Shown here: positions 13,681 to 27,200 of the stretch, in pieces
Position numbering within the stretch: position 1 is the stretch's first letter
Layout: every line of letters begins with the position of its first letter
Assembly (NCBI RefSeq): GCF_026571515.1
Contig: NW_026853689.1
Span: forward strand, 124,001 to 185,332
Direction of reading: 5' to 3'
DNA length: 61,332 nucleotides
From: Ruditapes philippinarum
Taxonomy: Eukaryota
Notes under the pieces: generated by a model
The model's database searches: none
What the model saw: only the letters and a program-made list of their open reading frames with translations
Told to the model about the DNA's origin: nothing
Position numbers and translations under genes: made by a program

Positions 13681-14259
13681 TTACAAAAAATCACATGAAG
13701 AACATACTCGACACACAGATGATGATTAAGTAAAACAAGAATACTAACATGCACTTGTGTGTTCGGTGTAAACCAATAAAAAGTAGATAATATGAGCACT
13801 TTACATCTGAATGTTATACAGTACGGTACAAACTAAGACTAACGTTAAAATACAGCAGAATTAAATAAAAAGGAATCCAAAAGGAAACAATGTTGTATTT
13901 TGTTGTGATTTAGATGTGTCTTTTCCTAGAAATATTAACGAAACAATGTGTCTCTTGCGTAACGTAAGTTTTAAGATGTGTTTCTTGCGTTAAGGAAACG
14001 GCACAATATGTTTCTTTCGAAGTAAAATATTCCTTGCGTTACGTAAACAAGACAATATGTTAGGATATCTGAAACAAATGTCATATGAAAATAACATAAA
14101 AATCGACATATATACATTGATGTATTTTTAAATTTAAAATTTATGTAAAGTCACATTTCAATGTTAAAGATCTACATTACAGGATGTACGATCTATGTGG
14201 TCTTTTTTTCAACAGTCTAATTAATAACCTTCCTTTAATGTATGTAAAATGTAAAAATA

Positions 14260-14460
14260 AAGCCTTCAAAGCGACACTTGCATTAAATTGATTAAAGTTG
14301 ATCGTAAATAACCTATAAATGGTCAATAAAATATCATTCAATAAAACCTATTACATGTTTTATTATCAACAAGATTATCATAATGTTCATGTTATAAAAA
14401 GCAGGTGCGTTTTATATTTTTCCCTTCTCTATAATAACTAAACCATTAACATACTTTATT
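14260..14460 (+). repeat. Older diverged remnant of the duplicated unit
   Basis: gcattaaattgattaaagttgatcgtaaataacctataaat...atgttcatgttataaaaagcaggtgcgtt aligns with 16620-16800. Confidence 0.7.
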
Positions 14461-17400
14461 GAATGTGCAGACTTGAATTTATCCCCTTACACTTCAGGAA
14501 TTTTTTAAAATATTGCTACATTTCAACTCAGATCATGTTTTTTATAACCAATGAACTGATGTTAATGATCTTCACGTAAGCCAGAAAGTGTGCAACGATG
14601 TTATTCAATGAGACTTAAACATTCGGTTTCCCGAAGTTCATGTGGGCCTCAAGTACGAGGTGTGATAGTTTTCTATATTAAATGAGGGACTTGTTTTTGT
14701 TTTCAACTATCACACAGTTCGACCATTTCAGTAACTTGCCAACTTCCAATTGCAACAAATTGAACGTATACTAAAAGATCACAAAACACGTGTGTCTAAC
14801 CTATTTTTATCATATGTATTATTTTACACCAACTATCATTGTTCGGTGAGCTAAATTCATATTACTATATATTATAAATAAAAAACTCTAATTCATATAC
14901 ATTGTAAGGTACTATACCGATTCAAAGGAAGTATTTTTGCTATTGCCGGAATGACATATACCCTTTACTGCAGAAATTCTAGATTTAAGCCCTCTGAAAA
15001 AGTGTAAAACAAACTTTCATTCTTATTTGTTTTTCTTTTTAAGGTTTATACGTTTGTATTTCAGCTTATTGATCGTTAAATCGAATCATTGTTGAATCTA
15101 ATCCAAGAGTCACAGCCGCGCTTCCTCACATGGCACTAGCACATGAACTTTACTTACAGCGAGGTGAACGTAACAGTAATACAGATTATCATCATCACAA
15201 TCGAACTATGATAATTATCTCTGTATATATTAACAATCTCTTATAAACAGATGTCGGTTGTAGCTATGTAATTCACCAGTTTTAACATGAATTAAATCAT
15301 GCACATAGAATTAATTTAAGAAACTTAACGCTCGACATTTACACTCTCTCTGTTAGGAAGGATTTACGTGATATGCGAAGTGCTACTGGATAGCTTAGCG
15401 CATTGAAATGCTTAGTTCCACCTCACTATCTACAATCACACGATACAAACAGTTTTTAGGAACACAAAAAAGCGCCTCTTATGAAGCAAAAACTGCAAAA
15501 ATTTTAATATGTACTACTGTAAAACTTTTCAAAAGCTGTTTCCTTTAAACGGGATTGAAACTCAAGAGGCCAAATATCGTAAAGATATAAAGCCAACATT
15601 AGCATGAAAACATTAACTTCTAAACACATGTATTGGTTTATAAACAAAGCAGTCAAAATATTTTGACGTGCAAAAGCCTGATTCTGAGATACTTTTGTCC
15701 TGAGTCAGAGGGGAGATATTGCCCATACACAAATTAGCACAATATTTCAACGCGAAGTGCAATTAGTTGGACTATAAACAAAACAAAGACATAAAATACT
15801 GGCAGGGCACTTTGCTTTAACATTAATGGACACACACGATAAATTCATTTTGGCACAGCACTTGATAAATAAACAAAAATACAACGCCAGCTCAAATTCG
15901 AACAATGTAAGCCTAGAGGACAGGAGACATTATACATTTTTTATACGTTATAGAGTTGTACTGGGCATCTCATGTTTTCCTGTACCATATAAGACTCGAC
16001 TACAATGTAAATAAATCAAAGCACTGAAGTACAGTTTGACTGCACATCTGCAACTTTATGCTTAGACAGTACGTTATTATGTCTTTTATATACATAATAT
16101 TCTGAGTAAATACTGCCTGGACGAAATGAAAGAGGGAACAAGGAAAGTATTGTGAAGTTGGCATGGCTATGTACTGTTACATACTTAGGTGATAATTTAC
16201 CTTAATCTACCAATGTTTGATTACATAAAGAGAGGGGATATGCATACGTAAAATATGTGGTACATTGTATGACATTATTTCAAACTTATATTTCATTAAG
16301 TATCAGCTGAAATTTCTTTTTTCTTTATATTTATGAATTAAAATACACGAGTAACTTAAACGAAAATGAAAAGTATTGCATGCATAATATGTGTAGTATT
16401 AATTGATATGATTCATTAACAACTTGAAAGACGACATAAAATGAAGTCGGTTTTATCAAATATAAGCTTTTGTTTTTTATTATGATTTTTTTTGATGTTG
16501 TAATCAATTCAACAATGTTATATTTATCGGAAAGGACTGGCAATGTCACATTTTTTTCTGTTTTAGCAATTGATTAGATCACCCGAATTGCAGGTCTGTC
16601 TACAGCCTTGGAAGTTGCGCATGCATTAAAATAATTGAAATAGATCATAAATAACCTATAAATTGTCATAAAAATGTTATTAACGCAGCCCTGTGACATG
16701 TTTTATAATCAAAAATATATCATATGTTCATGTTATATAAAACAGGTGAGTTCTTAATTTGTCCCTTTCTTACAATAACTATAAAACAATAAAGGGTCTT
16801 GCATTAAATACATGCATTCATACTTTTTTCACAGTACGTCACAGTAAAACAAATTTTCTAATAATTCTGTTTCGGGGCAAAAGTGATGTTTTTTGTTATG
16901 CCGATTGCACATTCTGGGAAGAACGGCACATTATATTGACGTACCATAGCAACGGTTGTTCAACAACAACTTCAACAATATAAACATATATTTGTCTTTT
17001 ACCTAATGTGCATGCTAGATATGCACACCTGACCCTTTAAACAAAAAGAAGACTCGCTAGTTTGCAACTAAGACTGAGCGATAGTTACCCGTCCGTAAAG
17101 AAAAATGTGTTGAACTTCATGCAGCTAGTGTTTATATGTATTAATCTTTCTTTCACATACCTCCATGGTCATACAATGTAATGCATTTGCAAAAAAAACA
17201 TTATTTGCTTATGTTTTGCTATAAAATAAATGATAACATTACAGTTTTGTTTCTGTTGCAGTAATAAGATATACATAAATTTCAAGGAATGTTCCTTATC
17301 GCTATTCAAGTGAAAATATATGTGAAAATCGTGAGAAAATAATGTGTCTAACTATGACTATATCCAAAAGAACATTAATTATGATTATTCGGGCGTTATT

Positions 17401-20130
17401 CCATCATTTTTGATTTAGTTCACATAACAACAGCGAAAAATTATCGATCAAAATATACTGACTTCTTGAAGCTAACAAATTATGTTGTCAAGTGACAAAT
17501 GCTTACTTTTCCTCTAAGGTCTTTCATATAGGCACAATCTTCAACAGTTTGACCATTGCTAAGTGCACTACAGGCGACAAAAGTTGCAATCACTTTGACT
17601 TCTACTAATGTATGACGTGTAAACATTTATTTAAAATGAAAATGGTTTAGTATATTGGTTGCGATCAACATTTATTTATTTACCCTCAAATTCTCGGTAA
17701 AGATAAATTCAATAACCATTCATATCCTTAAGCTTAAAATTGTTATTCAGAAATACTTAAACAATTTCTTCAACATATTTTCATTTGTTCATTTGCACCT
17801 ACCTTGTATGATTTTATATCATTTCCCTTATCAGCAATATTCTGTTGGTTTGACTTGATTTAATAATTGCCTTTCCTGTCATATCGTCTACGATCTTGTC
17901 AAATCTGCTTGCGGTATTACTGTAAAAGGACATTTGTCTTCAAGAAGAAGTCTGGTGAACGAGTTTTTTTATTATTATTTTTTGTTGACAAAGCTTGTAT
18001 ACATTGCTGCACTTTTAAAACCTGAAGAAGGCGTGATCCCTCGGAGGCATTAATCACAACAAAATTACATAAAAATTGCAAAATCAATTTGATTTTGAAA
18101 ATTTTGCTTAACATGAAAAAGCGATATATGTATCATATAGCAATTGGCGTTAAAATATATGCATACATTTTGTATATTTTAAGATATAATATTGGTGAAA
18201 TGCAAAATGTGCTTCTAATCATGTCTACTTTATTAGCTTATTTCAAAATATATTTCATGGGGTTAATATATACACTAAAATTCCAAAAACAATTCAACAT
18301 AAAACAACGTTTTGCAAAAACTTAAAATTTATTTTCATTGGATCTTAAGTCATGTTGTAAAGGTTATATTGGGACTTTTAATTTGTACTGGTATAAGATA
18401 CTTAAATAGCCCCTGCGTGCATCATTTCAGGTTTAACGCTAACTACGCTACCGCAAAAAATGAGTTTAAACGCGCACGTAATAAGTTTAATCGTAATAAA
18501 ATAAATGAAAACAAGGTATTTTTCACGCGTGCTAGGACTAAGTATAATAAAGTGAAGAAGAAAACATACAATATATACAAAATTCGACAGGGCCAGAAAG
18601 TTAGCAATTTAGCTAAATCTCAACCTAGACAGTTTTGGAAAAAGATTCGAAAATCTTTTTAAAAGGCACCACTAAAGGCCGATAATCTTAATATCGATAG
18701 TCTGTTTAACCATTTTAAAGGCATGTTTGGTGAGGAACCGCCGAGTAGTGAAAATGACGACTATATTCCGCAGAACGACCAGACCGACGCTGACCTTGAT
18801 ATTTATTTTACAGTACAAGAACTTAGATCCGCAGTTTTCCACCAAAACAATAATAAAATGCTTGGGTTAGACAATCTTCCAAGTGAATTGTTTAAGTCGA
18901 GCTATGATTTAATTTCACCTCTTTTGTTGAAAATATGTAACATAATATTTAACAGTGGTGAATATCCTAATTCTTGGGGTTTAGGAATAATTACTCCTAT
19001 CTTTAAAAAAGGGGACATAAATGATGATAAGAATTATCGAGGCATTTGTCTTATTAATGTACTTGCAAAAATTTACTCTCAGTTGCTTTTAAATAGATTA
19101 ACACGATGGTCCAACAAATACGATACGCTTGATCAAAAATCAATTCGGATTCCAAAAGGGGAAGTCAATAATTGATTGTATTTTTGTCCTACATTCTGTA
19201 TAAAGTAAAGTTTTAGACTTGGGTAAAAAACTTTATTGCTGTTTTGTTGATTATATGTTGTGTTTTGATAGAATTAATAGAACATATTTATGTCAAAAAC
19301 TTCTAACAGAAAAAGTTAGTAGTAAATTTGTACGGGCCGTAAAAGCAATGTATACTATTGTTAAGTCCTGTGTAAAGTTCAATTCAGAATCATCAGACTT
19401 CTTCACCTCTAACATCGGATTGAAACAAGGGGACCCGAGCTCCCCTCTGCTATTTATGTAATCACACTCAATATTAATACAAATATTGATGATATATTCA
19501 CAATTAACATAGTAAATGATTTTTATTATTGTATGCTGATGACAAAGTACTTTATGCTACATCCCGGAAGCATTACAGTCTATGATTAATGATCTTGTAA
19601 CATATTGTAGGGAGTGGGGTCTAACAATCAATACTACAAAAACTAAAATATTAATATTCGAAAGAGGACGTCACTCTCAACATAACTTTTATATTGAAGA
19701 TACACCCTTAGAAGTAGTTACATCATTTAAATATTTAGGTATTACATTATTTAAAAATGGAAACTGGTATCGCAGTCAAAAATGTATTGCACAGCATGCG
19801 TCTCGTGCATTATATAGTCTGTTCACCATCTTTAATAATATCGAGTTACCAATTAAACAAAAATTAAGCTTATTTGACAGTTTGGTTGGTTCTATTTTAA
19901 ATTTCGGCTCTGAAATATGGGGAATGCATGAAGCGACCGACATAGAACTACTACATACTAAATTCTTACGTCGCGTATTATGTGTGAAACGCTCAACAAA
20001 CCTTTCCGCACTTTATGGAGAACTCGGGCGCGTACCACTAGCCGTATTCAGAAAAATAAACATAATTAAATATTGGATTAAAATATTAAGGCACACGGAC
20101 TCTTCATTAATAAAGCAGACCTATACGTTT

Positions 20131-21007
20131 TTGTATTTTCTGATCGCAAGATCAGTAAATACAAAGCTAACATCCACGGTCTAACACAAAATTTCCTAAC
20201 AGACCTAACAACGCAAAGTAGTTCTCACTCAGAACTGCTTAAAAACCAGCAGTTTAAAAGAAAGAATAATTTTTAATGTAGGCATTTAACGAATTACAGT
20301 GCATTAAAAGTTTAGAGTAGTCAATAGAAATATGAGGTTACAATCACAAATTTCGCGGATGAATATCTTTTTTACCCAATGAAAAATGTTCGGCTATTTC
20401 CGTAAAGCTTAATCAATGAAAATGCTATTTTTAGCTATGTCGATTACCGAATACTCCAGAGCGTAGTACACAAATAAATCTGACTGTCGAGTAGTGGAAT
20501 ATATACATGTCGTACTGTTTTGTCGAGAAGATTTTCGCTAAATTATTTTCATCAGTGATAAACAACAGGTTTATCGTAAACAAAATACCTCGAAATTAGT
20601 AAGGAATGGAAATTCTCAAATTAGAATTACAATGTATTTGTTTTTATTCAAGCTACATATGTATAACTTCACCGTGGTGCAGAGGTAGCGCGCTCGTTTA
20701 GGGTGTGAGAGGCCTAAGATTCAAATCCTAGTCGAGGCAACTTTTTTATTTTTGAAGTGTCTTTTTTAAGTAAATAGCCACGATATGCAAGGATAAAGTG
20801 TGGCTGTCATAAAAAATGAAAAATGATTTTTTGATGCAACTCTAGTCATGCAAAATTCCATTTGTATCATTCTCAAACTGTTATAGACGCAGTCGCTGCG
20901 TACGATTAATTATAGTATATAAACTTATACAGGAAAATACATACAGATAGTCAGTATGATTTAGATTGCAAAGATCAGAAAATACCACAGAGGTTGCAGC
21001 CCTTTGA
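20131..21007 (+). mobile_element. Non-autonomous Helentron-type element (HINE) nested in the LINE
   Basis: 5' subTIR GTATTTTCTGATC (20133-45), adjacent IR GATCAGTAAATAC (20150-62), 3' subTIR GATCAGAAAATAC (20973-85) and terminal hairpin CAGAGG..CCTTTG; inserted in a T run. Removing it restores the LINE frame (TYTF|LKADAD). Confidence 0.8.
20667..20739 (+). pseudogene. tRNA-Pro(AGG)-derived relic inside the HINE
   Basis: gtggtgcagaggtagc (A-box-like), ctcgtttAGGgtgtgagagg (resembles the tRNA-Pro anticodon arm CTCGCTTAGGGTGCGAGAGG), gattcaaatcc (B-box-like), then a T run. The stems are imperfect. Confidence 0.6.
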
Positions 21008-23036
21008 TTAAAAGCTGACGCTGATATCGGTCGTGATTATCGTGGTCTTAATTTGGCTGCTCAAGTGAAAAGTATTTTAGATGTACATGGATTAAGCTAT
21101 GTCTGGAATCAACAAACGGATGTGAATAATATACCGTTCCAGTTGATAAAACAACGCATATTAGATACATATTACAACGCTGGTACTCAGACATAAATAA
21201 TTCGCCACGCCTTAATCTTACTGTATATTTAAGCATAATTTTCACACAGAACATTATTTAGATTGCATTAAAGAGAACAAGTATAGGGTTGCACTAGCAA
21301 GACTTAGAACATCGTCGCACAGTTTACTTATAGAAACCGGACGTTACGAGAATATCGCGCGAGAAGAACGGCTTTGTAAATCATGTAATATGAGAAAAGT
21401 TGAGACTGAATTCCACTTTATTTAAGTATGTCCTAAATATCGCGAATTGAGAACCAAATATTTTCGGCAGTATTTTTGTCGTTGGCCATCTATACATAAA
21501 TTTGATCAATTAATGAATACCACATCTAAAAAATATATTTGTAATTTATCGAAATATATATATTTTGCCAATAGAATAAGACTTTCATAATTTGTCCATA
21601 CACCTCCATAATACTGTATGCTCTTATTTTGATAACAAAAGCTGACATGTTAGAAAAAATACACTGAACTTAATTAAAATTGCAAAATACTATGTATTCA
21701 TAAGTCAATTTAATAAACTTGTTTTTTCTTTTCTGAAAACACGTTTTCATGTACCTGCCGCAATTATGTATTGCTTGCTATAAACTTTGTAAAAGAGTTT
21801 TATGCAATAAATTTATGTTATGTTATGTTATGTTAGGTACGTGGGGTGAACAACTGAGCTTTTATGAAGCTTGTTAGTGTATAGCTTCCACACACGAAGA
21901 ATCGAAAGTCACTGGTGGTATATGAACCCCACAGCAGTGAAAAATATGTGATCTGTGATCAGCAACCTAAACCACTGGACAATGGTTTAACTAAAATTGA
22001 TAATAAAGCCGATAGCAGTTTTAAGAGTTTTACATTTGTAACGGTGGTTTCAATTAGTTTGGACGATATCAATATAATAAAGATCAGATTAAAGATTTTA
22101 TCTAAAATTTAATCATCACAGCTCACCATCAACCATTATACTTAAAGTAGCATCCAAAGAAAGTTGACTGATATTTTAAGAAGACAACATGTTTGTAGAC
22201 TAACATATAAACTGGAATATTTGTGTAGAGATATCTTATTTGAAAAGCCATTTTTGTATTTTCTACATTTTCAGTTAAGCACCATCGGTTACAATATTCC
22301 TCTAGCTGATTTAAATGTTATTGTAATCCATCGGCTGTTTTGCTAATTAGCAGTACATTAAGTATTGCGTTCCCTTTTTGTTTAAATGTTATTGTAATCC
22401 CTTGGCTGTGTTGCTAATAAGCAGTACAATAAGTATTGTGTTCCTTATTTGTCGTAGATAATGACTGATCTGAAAAAAAACTTACACCGGATAACAATCC
22501 GTCCCGTCTAAGTTATATCTTGCGCTGTTGTTCACGTACTTATGTCATATTTTTCTTGTACATGTATCTACCCAGATTTGACTGTCGTCTGCGACCAGGG
22601 ATAGCCCTGCGTAGAGGCGCCCCTGTTTTAACTTATATATCTTCAGCGTGCGTACTCGTAAAATCTATTTGAACTGTCAATTCTTGACGCCGTTTATAAC
22701 CATACTGAAGACAGTACCAAAGTCCAATGCCTCTATTGTTCAATAGCCAGCAGCACATTTTCTTCAAGGGCTTCCCACTCCAAAGTCCTAGGATTTTATC
22801 GGCAAACATTATTTGGTAGATTTATAAGTGATAAAAGAGTACACTACGAAAAATACGTCAGTACAATATATAGGCTTAAATTTTAGAAAAATTGTTAAAA
22901 ACGGGAGGTAATTTTAACATATTTAGAAGAGACATTCTTGAAAGATTTGCATCCCTTACTTAGCAAATACACCACCTGAGCGATTAACAAATATTTAATC
23001 TAAATATATTAACAAATATTTAATCTAAATACATGT

Positions 23037-24050
23037 AAATTGAGATGGGCTGGAAACCACTAAATGTTTGAATTTAGAGTTTGTAATATGCAAAATTATA
23101 GGAAAAACAAAATCATTTTCATGTGGTCAAGGTATGTTAATGTTGTAGAATGCTAAAATTGGTGCCAGATATTGATTGTGGAACATATTGGGAATGCAAA
23201 ACATATAATATCCTTGATTAAGTTCAAATTGTTTGAGTTAGAAAAAGAAAAATGAAAAAATATGTTAGTTAGGGATCAGTCCGTTAGATGAAATTGTGGC
23301 AACAAACTCAGAACATATATATTTTTTAAACTGAAAAATATATTTTAAAGAACATACTCTTTCAGTATAAATCTGCATATACTAAATTAAAATGTGGTGT
23401 AGCTCCTCTTAGATTAGAAATTGGGGTATATGAAAATTTAACTTTAGATAGAAGATGCTGTTTTAACTGCGAAGGTGTTGTTGAGGATGAAAAACATGTT
23501 TACTTATAGCTTTTTTTTATGAAGTCTGGGCTGATTTAATCTCATCTTAAATGCTATATCAGATGTAATGTATGATAATAAGTCACACATAGATAAAGTA
23601 ATTTTGACTCTTAGTAACGATAAATTAATGTGTGTTGCTGGCAAAACCTGCCATAACATTTTAAAAGATAGGAAGACATTTTTATATTCTAGGTCATAGC
23701 CGCTAAGCAGTTTTACTAATTTTATTTTCTTTTACAAATCTTATTTTAGGTATATACGTATATGTATGATAGATTTGAGTGTGCACATTTAAATTGTGAA
23801 ATATACATTGTATTGCATAAGGTAAATGCACAAATTCTAGTCAATCTTAATATTTTTAGATTTGTGCTAACTAATACATAGACTGTTTAAGGTTTTAGAT
23901 GTTACAATGTACATGTGTTTTATATCAATATAAATATATGGTCTCTTACAAATCATTAATTGATTGGTCACTTATATGTAAATTGTAGATTAGATATGTA
24001 AAATGTATGTGTATATATTATGTGAATGAGACTGAAATAAAATATTCTTA
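23037..24050 (+). mobile_element. Older, decayed 3' fragment of a non-LTR retrotransposon (copy A-specific)
   Basis: 23393-23505 translates to CGVAPLRLEIGVYENLTLDRRCCFNCEGVVEDEKHV, the same C-terminal motif type as the 18.4 kb LINE. Absent from copies B and C, where the empty site is atctaagtacatgtatatctatttcgg. Confidence 0.7.
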
Positions 24051-24250
24051 TTGTTTATTTGTTTGTTTTATTGGGTTTACGTCACACCGACACATTAAAG
24101 ATCATATGGCGACGTTCCAGCTTTACTGGTTGAGGAAGACCTCAGATGCCCTTCCGTGCATTATTTCGGGCACGAAAGGGTACCTGAGTAGAACCATCGA
24201 CGTTCCGTAAGCTAGCTGGATAGCTTCCTCGCATGAAAGAATCCAAAGTC
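24050..24250 (-). mobile_element. SINE copy (same family as 12289-12522) in the tail of the LINE fragment
   Basis: tttacgtcacaccgacaca...atatggcgacgtt...gaggaagacct...cccttccgtgcattattt...catgaaagaatccaaagt is shared with the 12.3 kb copy. Confidence 0.75.
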
Positions 24251-27200
24251 CTTGTTTTATCTTATGTATATCTATTTCGGCTTGTTTGTGAATTCACATG
24301 AAAGATAAGTCTCTAATTCGTTTGTTGTGTTAAATTTCTGCTGGTTTGTGCTGGATGTTTGTTTTACCACTAAGTATAGAGTCAGTATTTCGATGAACAA
24401 CGAGGATTGTTCAATTTTGAACTATAGCTTAACATTGCATACTCGTGTTAACTAATATTAAATTTTTAATGGTTTAAAGAGAATCAGAATGTGACCCTAT
24501 ATTGAGAATCGTTGTTTTCTTGGCGTATGGTGTAGAAACAAATTATGATGAAATTTATGGGACATACATAATAACAGTACTCTTTCGGCAGTTATTCGTT
24601 TGTTTAAAATTCAAATTTGTCTTTCAAGACAAAATGACCACGTCAGCGTCTCGTCTGAAGGGTGGCAGATATAATTGTAATAAATACAATTGTACATTCT
24701 CTTATTCAATTTATTCAGTAAGAATTTTCTAGATTTCAAAATAATTCTGCTTTTACAGTTTTTTTTTACTAAAGATGAGCATGTGCCAAACTGATGTTTG
24801 CATCACACAAGACACAAACTATGTAATCGACTTTCTGAAGCAGGAAAAGGTTGATGTGCTCTCTTAATGCTACGTCTCATGTGACTTCTTTTTGCAACAT
24901 TATCCAGCACAAACACTTTTTGTTTTACAGTGTCATCTTATTGTACAAAGAAAACAAACTGTGTTTTATATCAAAAGACTGGAACTTGCATATCTTTTGC
25001 ACGCGACTACATTTTGGAGGACCTTACAAAATTATAGATAACAATATATGAAAAATATTTTTTTCATGTGTTTATATACTTTCATTTTTGAACAATTCTC
25101 ATAAATATATATCTGTGTTGACCATGCACCTTTATTTAATACGGTCATGTACTTGTTGACGTGACTGACATATTATGTATCCTGTGTGATAATCAAATAG
25201 AATGTGGACTTTCTAACAAGACCCGTGTGGTACAACTTATAACAGTTTGGTCTTGAATACGTGATTTGCTCGTTGTTATTATTTTTGTTTTTCTTGTTTG
25301 TTTAGGGGTATTTTGTTCGTTTGTTTTTGTTGTGTTTTATGCAGAAATTCTAGATTTTAGCCCTCTGAAAAAATGTAAAACATAATTTCATTCTTATTTG
25401 TTTTTCTTTTTATGGTTTATACGTTTGTATTTCAGCTTATTGATCGTTAAATCGAATCATTGTTGAATCTAATCCAAGAGTCACAGCCGCGCTTCCTCAC
25501 ATGACGTACACTAGCGCATGAACTTTACTTACAGCGAGGTGAACGTAACAGTAATACAGATTATCATCATCACAATCGAACTATGATAATTATCTATGTA
25601 TATATTAACAATCTCTTATAAACAGATGTCGGTTGTAGCCATGTTATTCACCAATTTTGACATAAATAAAATCATGCACATAGAATTAATTTAAGAAACT
25701 TAACGCTCGACATTTACACCCTATCTGTAAGGAAGGATTAACGTTATATACGTTATCAGCTAGCTTAGCGCATTGAAATGCTCAGTTCCACCTCACTATC
25801 TACAATCATACGATACAAACAGTTTTTACGAACACAAAAAAGCGCATCTTATGAAGCAAAAACTGCAAAAATTTTAATATGTACTACTGTAAAACATTTC
25901 AAAAGCTGTTTCCTTTAAACGGGATTGAAACTCAAGAGGTCAAAGATCGTAAAGATATAAAGCCAACATTACCATGAACGCATGAATTTCTAAACACATG
26001 TATTGGTTTATGAACAAAGCAGTCAAAATATTTTGACGTGCAAAAGCTTGATTCTGAGATACTTTTGTCCTGAGTCAGAGGGGAGATATTGCCCATACAC
26101 GAATTAGCACAATATTTCAACGCGAAGTGCAATTAGTTTGACTATAAACAAAACAAAGACATAAAATACTGGCAGGGCACTTTGCTTTAACATTAATGGA
26201 CAAACACGATAAATTCATTTTGGCACAGCACTTGATAAATAAACAAAAATACAACACCAGTTCAAATTCGAACAATGTAAGCCTAAGAGGACAGGAGTTA
26301 TACATTATAGAGTTGTACTGGGCATCTCATGTTTTCCTGTACCATATAAGACTCGACTACAATGTAAATAAATCAAAGCACTGAAGTACAGTTTGACTGC
26401 ACATCTGCAACTTTATGCTTAGAAAGTACGTTATTATGTCTTTTATATACATAATATTCTGAGTAAATACTGCCTGGACGAAATGAAAGAGGGAACAAGG
26501 AAAGTATTGTGAAGTTGGCATGGCTATGTACTGTTACATACTTAGGTGATCATTTATCTTAATCTACCAATGTTTGATTACATAAAGAGAGGGGATATGC
26601 ATACGTAAAATATGTGGTACATTGTATGACATTATTTCAAACTTATATTTCATTAAGTATCAGCTGAATTTTTCTTTTCTTTTTATTTATGATTTAAAAT
26701 ACACGAGTAATTTAAACGAAAATGAAAATTATTGCATGCATGATATGTGTAGTATTAATTGATATGATTCATTAACAACTTGAAAAAAGACATACAATGA
26801 AGTCGGTTTTATCAAATATAAGCTTTTGTTTTTTTTATTATGATTTTTTTTGATGTTGTAATCAATTCAACAATGTTATATTTATCGGAAAGGAATGGCA
26901 ATATCACATTTTTTTCTGTTTCAGCAGTTGATAAGATCACCTGAATTGCAGGTCTGTCTTCAGCCTTTAAAGTTGCGCATGCATTAAAATAATTGAAATA
27001 GATCATAAATTACCTATAAATTGTCATTAAAATGTTATTAACGCAGCCCTGTGACATGTTTTATAATCAAAAATATATCATATGTTCATGTTATATAAAA
27101 CAGGTGAGTTCTTAATTTGTCCCTTTCCTACAATAACTATAACACAATAAGGGGTCTTGCAATAAATACATGTATTCATTCTTTTTCACAGTACTTCACA

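Larger units (their letters stand above)
18433..21589 (+). pseudogene. Reverse transcriptase (ORF2) pseudogene of the LINE, interrupted at 20131-21007
   Basis: ORF fragments 18723-19175, 19219-19461, 19582-20130 and 21008-21589, with stops and frameshifts. Confidence 0.85.
18433..21834 (+). mobile_element. 5'-truncated non-LTR retrotransposon (probably RTE-X-like), decayed ORF2
   Basis: RT motifs GLDNLPSE, PIFKKGD..NYRGICL, CCFVDY..CFD, GLKQGDPSSPLLF and LYADD; C-terminal SSHSLLIETGRY...CKSC...EFHF..C zinc knuckle; AATAAA plus (TTATG)n tail. AGGT is duplicated at 18429-18432 and 21835-21838. The empty site tttcaggtacgtgggg is in copy B near 29005. Confidence 0.9.
14969..25338 (+). repeat. 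Tandem segmental duplication, copy A
   Basis: Starts tgcagaaattctagatttaagccctctgaaaa and is colinear with 25340 onward and 34100 onward, apart from copy-specific indels. Confidence 0.92.

Noticed and set aside
15826-16014. Recurrent ORF MD(T/K)HDKFILAQHLINKQKY in the duplicated unit
   Set aside because: Recurrence is explained by the duplication; the frames diverge after ~30 codons and no family is recognisable.
20667-20739. Functional tRNA-Pro gene
   Set aside because: Acceptor, D and T stems are mismatched and it lies inside a transposon; kept only as a relic.
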